In this document: positions 18,796 to 27,244 of the stretch, in pieces | How positions within the stretch are numbered: the stretch's first letter is position 1 | How the letters are laid out: every line of letters starts with the position of its first letter | Source of the DNA: Parasynechococcus marenigrum WH 8102 | Lineage (GTDB): Bacteria; Cyanobacteriota; Cyanobacteriia; PCC-6307; Cyanobiaceae | Direction of reading: 5' to 3' | Assembly (NCBI RefSeq): GCF_000195975.1 | Contig: NC_005070.1 | Location: 450,001 to 482,000, forward strand | Length of the DNA stretch: 32,000 bases | Translations under genes and position numbers: made by a program | The notes under the pieces: model-generated | Told to the model about the DNA's origin: nothing | Databases searched by the model: none | The model's input: the letters and a program-made list of their open reading frames with translations, nothing else

Positions 18796-19020
18796 GTGAA
18801 CTTGTCTGTCGTCTCCGCTAAGGAGCAAGTCACCATCCCAAAGGCTGTTCTGGAGGCTTTAGGACTTAAGGCCGGCGATTTGGTGAGCTTGGAGCTTGAG
18901 GGCGCTCCGGTTCGGCTCAGGCTTGTGTCTGGTGGAGATCAGGCCTATCCGCAAAGCCTGCAATCTGGATTGACGGAGTGGGCCAGTGAGGCCGATGAAG
19001 CAGCCTTTGCGGACTTGTGA
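18796..19020 (+). CDS. AbrB/MazE/SpoVT-type (looped-hinge helix) small DNA-binding protein, antitoxin-like, with no adjacent toxin gene
   Basis: GTG start. EQVTIPKAVLEALGLKAGDLVSLELEG is the SpoVT/AbrB swapped-hairpin signature, followed by an acidic C-terminus (EWASEADEAAFADL). Confidence 0.65.
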   Translation: MNLSVVSAKEQVTIPKAVLEALGLKAGDLVSLELEGAPVRLRLVSGGDQAYPQSLQSGLTEWASEADEAAFADL

Positions 19021-19038
19021 CGACTGTTTGGCCTTGAA

Positions 19039-19524
19039 TCAAATGCTCTCGGAAGCAATCGACCTGAGCCAGCGTTGAAAGCCTGTGATGTCTGCTTGCA
19101 GCTTTGGCCACGTGTGCTGGAGCTGCTCAATCAGGCGCTGGATCGGCTTTGGTCTCAGCTCATCGGCATAGAGATTGAGCACCAGGTGACGGAATCGCAG
19201 GTGTTGCTGAAGCTCCTGCTGTGTTGACTCGTTAAGCACCGCCTGTCTGATGTCTGTGGCCATCGCCATGTGTTCCAACAGGCGCCGGTGCCAGCCTTCC
19301 CATTGGCTGGGTGTTCCTCCATTCACCACACGGCTAATCAGCAGCAACATCCGCTCCACTCCGATGTAGAAGCTGTGCAGACGCAGGGCGGCGGCTTCCA
19401 CAGCGTCGGCTGAATGGTCCAATCGCTGGCTGAGTTTTCTCAAGCCAGTCACCAACTTGTGCAGGCCAGAGCATTCGCGACTCAGGTCATCGCGCAGTTC
19501 CAGCAGATCGGCGACTTGCATCAC
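19039..19524 (-). CDS. HEPN-like (HepT-like) partner of the upstream nucleotidyltransferase; motif position reads R-x4-N-x-Y
   Basis: 161-aa helical protein whose start overlaps the MNT stop (GTGA, or an ATG 3 nt later). LRFRHLVLNLY sits where HepT-type proteins carry R-x4-H-x-Y. Confidence 0.55.
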   Translation of the reverse strand: MMQVADLLELRDDLSRECSGLHKLVTGLRKLSQRLDHSADAVEAAALRLHSFYIGVERMLLLISRVVNGGTPSQWEGWHRRLLEHMAMATDIRQAVLNESTQQELQQHLRFRHLVLNLYADELRPKPIQRLIEQLQHTWPKLQADITGFQRWLRSIASESI

Positions 19525-19892
19525 GGCATGGGTGGATCGTTTTGATACAGGATTTGGCTCTTACGCAGCAGCCGTTGGACCAGATCATCGCTGAGATCTT
19601 CACGTCGTTTCAGGTCCACTGGTAACGGTCCGGCGTCTTCGGCGAGGGTGATGGCATCCAGTAGCGACCCCGGCGGCAGACCGTCCACTAGCAGGTCGAG
19701 ATCGGAATGGCTGCGGAAGCGATCATCAAGAACGGAACCGAACAGATGCACGGCACGGATCTGCGGCCATCTCTCGCGCATCGCCGCAGCCGCCTTGGCG
19801 CCCTGAGCCAAGCCTTCTTGGCGTCTCTTCTCCAGTTGCTCGCGATCTGCCGCGAAGCGCTGCTTCCAGTACTCCTGGGCGTAAAGGGTCAT
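19521..19892 (-). CDS. Minimal nucleotidyltransferase (MNT/MntA-like), module C
   Basis: VHLFGSVLDDRFRSHSDLDLLV fits the G-S-x10-D-x-D pol-beta-type NTase signature. Confidence 0.8.
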   Translation of the reverse strand: MTLYAQEYWKQRFAADREQLEKRRQEGLAQGAKAAAAMRERWPQIRAVHLFGSVLDDRFRSHSDLDLLVDGLPPGSLLDAITLAEDAGPLPVDLKRREDLSDDLVQRLLRKSQILYQNDPPMP

Positions 19893-19905
19893 GGGCTCAC
19901 TCTGA

Positions 19906-20307
19906 TCAGCTGGCCCTGTCTTGATTCAGAGCCTTGAGCATGGTCAACACCTCACCGGCCGTGGTCAGGGCCTGATCAGCTTCTTCTGGATCAAAGAGCT
20001 CCGATGGTGGTGTGGCATCCATCGGGTAACGGGATTGAATCGCCATGCGGCTGAGGCTGCGTAAGGGGAGGGCCTCAAGTGCTCGCGTGTCTAAACCGTT
20101 CTGCTTCAGCCGACCCACTAAGTCGTTCAGCACATGAGTGTGGGGCGGCTCCTCGCCCAGTTCCAGCAGGGCGCTTTTCAACCCCTTTTCTGCAGCTTGC
20201 GAGGCGTAATAACAAGCCTGGGCCAGGAATCCGTTGTCTCGCGCCAGTTGCGCCAACGCCAGGTCGTTCTCGGCCTGGCGTAGCCAAGCGTTGGGGCGGG
20301 CATTCAT
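19906..20307 (-). CDS. HEPN domain protein, module B
   Basis: WLRQAENDLALAQ...YYASQAAEKGLKSALL...HTHVLNDL...AIQSRYP is the classic HEPN-domain layout. ATGA overlap with MNT-B. Confidence 0.8.
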   Translation of the reverse strand: MNARPNAWLRQAENDLALAQLARDNGFLAQACYYASQAAEKGLKSALLELGEEPPHTHVLNDLVGRLKQNGLDTRALEALPLRSLSRMAIQSRYPMDATPPSELFDPEEADQALTTAGEVLTMLKALNQDRAS

Positions 20308-20654
20308 GACCCGGCCTCAATCAGAGGCTGGGCTTCCCGAGCGACATGGCGCCAGATCACCGAGGGATGGTTCGGCAAGTTGTGCCATGCCTCCTGATCG
20401 AGGCCGATCACGTCCTGGGCGAGTCCACCATCGAGCAGTTGATCAGCCCATCGATCAGCTTCCCCTTTGGAGTCGGCAACCACCAGCAGATCGGTGTCCG
20501 AGAGGCCGTCCCAATCACCACGGGCCCGTGAACCGAACAGGTAGATCTGTTGCGGTGGTTTGGCTTCCCTCTCCACGATGGCCTGGATCTGTTGCTTCAG
20601 TTCCGTGAGCCACTGGGCATGACGGCGCTGACGCAGGTCTTGAAAGCTCGTCAT
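20304..20654 (-). CDS. Minimal nucleotidyltransferase (MNT), module B
   Basis: IYLFGSRARGDWDGLSDTDLLVV (G-S-x10-D-x-D). Its ATG overlaps the stop of the HEPN gene of module A (ATGA at 20651-20654). Confidence 0.85.
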   Translation of the reverse strand: MTSFQDLRQRRHAQWLTELKQQIQAIVEREAKPPQQIYLFGSRARGDWDGLSDTDLLVVADSKGEADRWADQLLDGGLAQDVIGLDQEAWHNLPNHPSVIWRHVAREAQPLIEAGS

Positions 20655-21034
20655 GGGCTTGTGTTGGCTCCTGCTTCGATGGCTTGGCGGAGCTGGTCCG
20701 CCAACAGCTGGATCTCCTCCACAATTCTGGCCCGACTGGCGGGCAGTTTGAAGTCGCCGTCCTGGTAGCGCGCTTCCACCGCAAACGGTTGCAGGCCCAG
20801 CAGCAGCTCTGTGAGTTCGAGGTTGGCCTCACTGGAAAGTAGGTCGAGCTCATGGCTGCGGGGAGGCTCGCCGTCCCCAAGGACGATCCAACACTTCAAC
20901 AGCTTTTCGACGGCCTGTTGGGCCGTGAAGCCCCAGTCTTCGGCTGGGAACTGCTCGTCCAGGCCGAAGTTCAGGCTGCGCAGGTGACGCTCCACAATCC
21001 GCAGCAGCAGCTGGGCGTCCTCAGAGGGAGGCAT
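20651..21034 (-). CDS. HEPN domain protein, module A
   Basis: AQQAVEKLLKCWIVL...PPRSHELDLL...FAVEARY. 14-nt overlap with MNT-A. Confidence 0.75.
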   Translation of the reverse strand: MPPSEDAQLLLRIVERHLRSLNFGLDEQFPAEDWGFTAQQAVEKLLKCWIVLGDGEPPRSHELDLLSSEANLELTELLLGLQPFAVEARYQDGDFKLPASRARIVEEIQLLADQLRQAIEAGANTSP

Positions 21035-21467
21035 ACAGCACCACCCCGTGGCGGGCCACGTCCTTCATCACATGCCAACGCGAGCTGGCCAATCTTGCGG
21101 CGTCAGCTTGGCCTTGCAACACCAGATCGACGCCGCAGCCCACCGGGCCGAGGGCTTTTCGATAGGTGCGCCAGCGCTCGGTGCGTTGCTGGCTGGTGAG
21201 CTCAGGCTCTCGGCAGATCACAGCCAGATCAAGATCGGAATCAGCCCGCGCCGTGCCCTGGGGCCTTGAGCCGAACAGGATCACGGCCCCCACACCCTCA
21301 CAGGCCATGAGCCGTTGAAGCCCTTGCTTCAGCAGCGCTATGTCAATGCCGTCTCCGAGCTGTTTGGGCAAGGCCAAAGGCCTGGACGTGGTCCAGGGCA
21401 GAGCAACGGTGGAGAAGGAGTGAGCCACATCATGATTGTGATGCAGGGCAGCAGCTGTTGCTGGCAT
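21021..21467 (-). CDS. Minimal nucleotidyltransferase (MNT), module A; N-terminal extent uncertain
   Basis: VILFGSRPQGTARADSDLDLAVI (G-S-x10-D-x-D). The first ~45 residues of the 148-aa ORF do not look like part of the NTase fold. Confidence 0.75.
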   Translation of the reverse strand: MPATAAALHHNHDVAHSFSTVALPWTTSRPLALPKQLGDGIDIALLKQGLQRLMACEGVGAVILFGSRPQGTARADSDLDLAVICREPELTSQQRTERWRTYRKALGPVGCGVDLVLQGQADAARLASSRWHVMKDVARHGVVLYASL

Positions 21468-21586
21468 TGGTTCGTTTCACGCCAAGTCCAGCCAGGCGCG
21501 CAGGGCGAGATCCAGGCAGCTGAGACGCTCATAGACCCCTGTCGCGGCCACGGCCACGATCAGCCCGTGCAGCACCACCACGGCGC

Positions 21587-21814
21587 TCATGCTGTCCAGT
21601 CACTCCAGTCCGGCACTTGGACGCACCAGTCCGTCTGATGGGCATGCGCGGCCATCAAGGTCGACTGCCGAAGGGCTTCATCGGTTTGGCCGAACCGCTG
21701 CACGTATTGGGCGATGGCGTCGCGCACGCAGGCACTGCGACTTTTTCCTATACGTTTTGCCAATTGATCCAGTTGCTGTTCCAGCTCAGGCTCGAGACGA
21801 ACACCCATAGCCAT
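21587..21814 (-). CDS. Ribbon-helix-helix (CopG/MetJ-type) DNA-binding protein, antitoxin/repressor-like
   Basis: MAMGVRLEPELEQQLDQLAKRIGKSRSACVRDAIAQYV has the beta-strand, helix, G-x-S/T turn, helix pattern of RHH proteins. It is the first gene of the minus-strand MNT/HEPN string. Confidence 0.7.
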   Translation of the reverse strand: MAMGVRLEPELEQQLDQLAKRIGKSRSACVRDAIAQYVQRFGQTDEALRQSTLMAAHAHQTDWCVQVPDWSDWTA

Positions 21815-21820
21815 GGCTGC

Positions 21821-21845
21821 AAGTGTTTAATAACGCGTTCAACAC

Positions 21846-21847
<2 letters not shown>
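21821..21847. repeat. Inverted repeat AAGTGTT-N13-AACACTT enclosing the 8-bp palindrome AACGCGTT, between the ccs1 stop and the RHH start
   Basis: Read directly: AAGTGTT at 21821-21827, AACGCGTT at 21832-21839, AACACTT at 21841-21847. It overlaps the ccs1 stop codon (21846-21848) and ends 7 nt from the RHH ATG (21814). Confidence 0.6.
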
Positions 21848-23802
<1,955 letters not shown>

Positions 23803-23928
23803 CGCCTGATCCAGCAGCGCTTCGCTGGTCTGGGCCAGATCCGAGAGCAGCAGCAGGGCGTCCAGTGTTGGCCTTACGTCAGGGACGTCAGCCTATCCAG
23901 CCAGCAACAGCGCCGATAGCCTCGAACC

Positions 23929-24355
23929 ATGACGGCAGATGTGCGCTGGCAACAACGGTTCTCGAATTACTGCTCAGCCCTTGAGCAGTTGGAGACCTTT
24001 TTCGAGCCTCCCGCACTCAACGAGCGTGAGCAGCAGGGTTTGATCAAAGCCTTCGAATACACCTTTGAATTGAGTTGGAACACCCTTCGCGATCTGCTGC
24101 GCAGCCAGGGCAATGCCAATCTGCTGGGCTCCAGTGACACCCTGCGGGAAGCCTTTCAGCTGGGGCTGATCAGCGATGGCGAGACCTGGATGTTGATGAT
24201 TCAAGACCGCAACCTCACCAGTCACCAGTCACACTTACAACCGCGCCACCGCTGAGGCCATCGCCGCCAACATTACCAACCGCTACCTGGCCTGCTTCCA
24301 ACAGTTGCGGTTGCGATTACGCCAGCGCCTGCAGCAGGAACAGGGCGAGGCATGA
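23929..24355 (+). pseudogene. HI0074-type HEPN protein (nucleotidyltransferase substrate-binding protein / HepT-like), frameshifted by a 7-bp tandem duplication
   Basis: RWQQRFSNY...AFEYTFELSWNTLRDLL...DRNLTSH, after which the frame breaks (QSHLQPRHR*, stop at 24253-24255). Removing one TCACCAG copy gives ...RNLTSHTYNRATAEAIAANITNRYLACFQQL...GEA*. The TGA at 24353-24355 then overlaps the MNT ATG (ATGA). Confidence 0.8.
24215..24228 (+). repeat. Perfect 7-bp tandem duplication (TCACCAG)x2 followed by a partial TCAC
   Basis: Read directly: aacc TCACCAG TCACCAG TCAC ac. TCAC microhomology flanks the unit. Confidence 0.95.
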
Positions 24356-24654
24356 CGATGGTTTTGGAGATTCCCGGTGTCCCAGAGCCCTCCTGCCAGC
24401 GCTTGGCCGAAGTTCTCCTTCAGCAGCCGGGGCTGGAGCAGGTGTGGCTGTTCGGCTCAAGGGCCATGGGGTGCCATCGCCCGGGATCAGACCTTGATCT
24501 CTGTCTGATCGGTGATGCCATCACCCATCAGGACCGCTTGCGGCTGATGCACGCCATTGATGAGCTGCTGTTGCCCTGGTCGGTGGACCTGGCCTTGTGG
24601 CACGAGCTTCCTGAGGATCTGCGTGGGCATCAGCCGCGATCAGCTTCGGCCTGA
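24352..24654 (+). CDS. Minimal nucleotidyltransferase (HI0073-like MNT), module D
   Basis: VWLFGSRAMGCHRPGSDLDLCLI (G-S-x10-D-x-D) and LLPWSVDL. The 3' end overlaps the ftsW 3' end by 15 nt (convergent). Confidence 0.8.
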   Translation: MTMVLEIPGVPEPSCQRLAEVLLQQPGLEQVWLFGSRAMGCHRPGSDLDLCLIGDAITHQDRLRLMHAIDELLLPWSVDLALWHELPEDLRGHQPRSASA

Positions 24655-25887
24655 CGGCCGGATCTTCCGCTCCCGCCCGCCGATCAGGCCGGTGGATTCC
24701 AGGGAGCAACGCACCAGCAGCCCCAGGATCACCAGGCTGGACATCAGCGAATTGCCGCCGTAACTCACCAATGGCAGCGGCAGCCCGGTGGTGGGCATGG
24801 CGCCGGAGGCCACAGCGATGTTGAGGATCGACTGGCCCACCAGGATCGTGCAGCAGCCGATCGCCACCAGCCGGGTCTGGTTGCAACGGCAGCGCAGGGC
24901 CACCCGCAGCCCCACCCAGGCCACCAGCATCAGAAACAGCAGCAGCACCACTGAGCCCACAAAGCCGAATTCCTCGGCGAACACCGCATAGATGAAATCG
25001 GTGCTCTGGATTGGCAAGTACTGCAGCTTCTGGGTGGAGAGGCCGTAGCCCTGGCCGGTGAGGCCGCCTGAGCCGATGGCCAGCAGGCTTTGCACCAGCT
25101 GATAGCCGTCCCCCATCGGATCAGCCCAGGGGTCGAGGAACGACACCACCCGCAGCCGTTGGTATTCATTGATCAGGATGCTGGCGGTGCCCAGGGCGCC
25201 ACCGGCGATGGCGGTGCCCAGCAGGCTGCGCCAGCGGATGCCCGAGGCCAACGCCACCATCCACAAGGTCAGGCCGATCAACGCAGCAGTGGACAGGTTG
25301 GGTTGCTTGAGGATCAGCAGCAGCAACCCCCCGAAGCTGCCCAGCCACAGCAGCTTTTGATCCAGCCGCATCCGGCACCAGGGGGCAAACAGGTTGGCCG
25401 CCTGCAGCACCACAAACGGCTTAACCAGCTCCGACGGCTGGATCTGCAGCGGCCCCAGCACCAGCCAGCGGCTGGCGCCGTTCACTGTGGTGCCAATCAT
25501 CAGGGTGGCGGCGATCAGCAGGCAGCCCACCCATAGGGCCGGCCCAGCCCAGCGCAGGCAGTTCCGCAGATTGGCGGTCAACGCCAGACTGAACAGACTC
25601 CAGCTAGCGATCAGCCAGATCGCCTGGCGCTTCACGTAGAAGGCGCCATCGCCGATCTCCCGGGCGGCCACCCACCAACTGGCGGAGACCAGCACCAGCA
25701 ATCCCGCCAGGCTCCAGAAGGCGGCCAGGCCCACCAGCAACCGTGCTTCCGCTGGCCAGAGGGCCCAGGGCAGGGGCATCAACCGCTGGATCAACCCCGG
25801 ACGCTGACGCACCCGTTCACGGGCGATGCGGCGTCGTGGGGCTGTGGCGGTGACCAACGGGGACTGTTCCAATATTCGATGCCCCAT
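24640..25887 (-). CDS. ftsW: FtsW/RodA/SpoVE-family (SEDS) cell-division/peptidoglycan polymerase protein
   Basis: 415 aa, about 10 TM segments. QPSELVKP, TDFIYAVFAEEFGFVG and LPLPLVSYGGNS are signature segments. The start codon is not verified. Confidence 0.88.
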   Translation of the reverse strand: MGHRILEQSPLVTATAPRRRIARERVRQRPGLIQRLMPLPWALWPAEARLLVGLAAFWSLAGLLVLVSASWWVAAREIGDGAFYVKRQAIWLIASWSLFSLALTANLRNCLRWAGPALWVGCLLIAATLMIGTTVNGASRWLVLGPLQIQPSELVKPFVVLQAANLFAPWCRMRLDQKLLWLGSFGGLLLLILKQPNLSTAALIGLTLWMVALASGIRWRSLLGTAIAGGALGTASILINEYQRLRVVSFLDPWADPMGDGYQLVQSLLAIGSGGLTGQGYGLSTQKLQYLPIQSTDFIYAVFAEEFGFVGSVVLLLFLMLVAWVGLRVALRCRCNQTRLVAIGCCTILVGQSILNIAVASGAMPTTGLPLPLVSYGGNSLMSSLVILGLLVRCSLESTGLIGGRERKIRPSGRS

Positions 25888-25955
25888 TGAGCCGCGTCAT
25901 TGACGCTTTGCCAAGCCACTGGTTATCAACAAATCATGGCCTTGAGGCCTTGGCA

Positions 25956-26156
25956 TCAGGCGGCCCGCAGCCGTTCGTGCTCCACTTCCCATTGCACAAA
26001 TTGCCCCCAGGCCTGCTGACGCACCCAGCAACGTCCACCCCGGCATTGGATCAATTGAAACGGTGGCAGGTCAGCGGGTTGGTTGTCGAGGGTCACGAAG
26101 GTTCCCGGCCGCAGCAGCGGCACCACCTTGGCGGGTTTGGGGCGGTGATCAGACAC
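25956..26156 (-). CDS. Small conserved-looking hypothetical protein (66 aa)
   Basis: GTG-initiated ORF in an otherwise empty gap between ftsW and the amidase-like gene. Its composition is protein-like (not the R/P/A/Q-rich shadow type). No recognisable domain. Confidence 0.4.
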   Translation of the reverse strand: MSDHRPKPAKVVPLLRPGTFVTLDNQPADLPPFQLIQCRGGRCWVRQQAWGQFVQWEVEHERLRAA

Positions 26157-26305
26157 GTCCAGGAGGTGGCTTGCAGCGATCCTCCCGGCGGATTGCTAAC
26201 CGCCGGATGGATCCCTGGTTTTCTTCGGGATCGGGGCGGTGTTTATGACGGAATGGCACAAATGCGGGGTCCCGGTGCGGAGCTGCTGACGTCGTTCCGC
26301 CTTGT

Positions 26306-27241
26306 TTGCACACTTGGTTTCAAGCCAGAGCCTCAGTTGTGGCGGCCACGATCTATCTGCACTGGACCGCCCACGGTTACGACTGGATCCGCCCCGGTCA
26401 CTACCACCGGATCATTGGCGGTGATGGCCGCGTCCATCGCCTGCATGCCCTCACGGCAGACCTGCCGGCCCACACCTGGCGGCGCAACAGCAACAGCATC
26501 GCCCTGGCCTGCGCCTGCATGGGCGGTCAACCCGACCCCTGGACGCTGCCGCCCACGGCGGCTCAGCTGCTCAGCCTGTGCCAGGAGGTGGCGGCCATCG
26601 CCCGCAGCTGGGGCTGGACGGCCGCCGACATCACGATCCAATCGGTGATGGCCCACGCCGAAGCCGCCTCGAACCGCGACGGCCGCTGGATGCATGACAA
26701 CTACGGACCGGTGATCTGGGGCGGCACCGGCGAGCGCTGGGATCTGCTGCAGCTGGAGCAATACGGGCCCAGTGATGGCGGTGAACAGCTGCGGCAGCGC
26801 ATTGCGGCCTTACTGAACGGAGATGAGCTGGCGCCGCCGGCGAGCGATCGGCTGGCATTCCGTGGCGTCACCAGCATCGAAGCCCGCGGTCAGGAGCTAT
26901 CGGTGCAGATCGATGCCGATGGGCGGTCCTGGGCCCTGATGGTGGACCTGTTGCAGCGTTACGACCTGGCGGCCCAATGGGATGGCGATCAACGCCGGGT
27001 GCTGATTGCAGCGAGCGATGTGGCTCCCACCTACCGGGACAATGCCGTGCAGGCGGCGGTGGGCTGGCCCCTGGTGGAGATGGCCCTGCAGGGCGGCCAG
27101 GCGCCGGTGATCCTCACCGGCATCCTGCGACCTTCGTCCGAGGGGGATCGGGCCTGGTGCCGGGTGCTGGAGTTCGCTGAGGAATTCGGCATCAGCGTCA
27201 GCTTTGAACCGTTGGTGCTGGGGGAACGGCGTGGGGGCTGA
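26306..27241 (+). CDS. Putative N-acetylmuramoyl-L-alanine amidase (Amidase_2/PGRP-like N-terminal domain) with an uncharacterised C-terminal domain
   Basis: IYLHWTAHGY...RRNSNSIALACACMGG...PPTAAQLLSLCQEVAAIARSWGW...VMAHAEAA follows the H..T / N..siGi / gH.e pattern of Amidase_2. The start is uncertain (TTG in the track, GTG a few codons later). Confidence 0.5.
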   Translation: MHTWFQARASVVAATIYLHWTAHGYDWIRPGHYHRIIGGDGRVHRLHALTADLPAHTWRRNSNSIALACACMGGQPDPWTLPPTAAQLLSLCQEVAAIARSWGWTAADITIQSVMAHAEAASNRDGRWMHDNYGPVIWGGTGERWDLLQLEQYGPSDGGEQLRQRIAALLNGDELAPPASDRLAFRGVTSIEARGQELSVQIDADGRSWALMVDLLQRYDLAAQWDGDQRRVLIAASDVAPTYRDNAVQAAVGWPLVEMALQGGQAPVILTGILRPSSEGDRAWCRVLEFAEEFGISVSFEPLVLGERRGG

Positions 27242-27244
27242 GGT

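Noticed and set aside
24557-24763. Possibility that the MNT-D C-terminus (…EDLRGHQPRSASA) is also frameshifted, continuing in the 24557-24763 frame
   Set aside because: The alternative frames give long Arg/Pro/Ser-rich tails that do not resemble the short C-terminus expected after the NTase fold. They also run deep into the ftsW antisense strand. There is no positive evidence for a lesion.
26184-26207. GC-rich hairpin CCGGCGG-N8-CCGCCGG upstream of the 66-aa gene
   Set aside because: The 7-bp stem is real, but it has no U-tract, no obvious riboswitch-like context, and nothing to compare it with. It is too little to call a regulatory RNA.
25887-26648. 253-aa + strand ORF spanning the ftsW-amidase gap
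   Set aside because: It overlaps both the 66-aa minus-strand gene and the better-supported amidase-like frame. Its product is Pro/Arg/Gly/Thr-rich and shadow-like.
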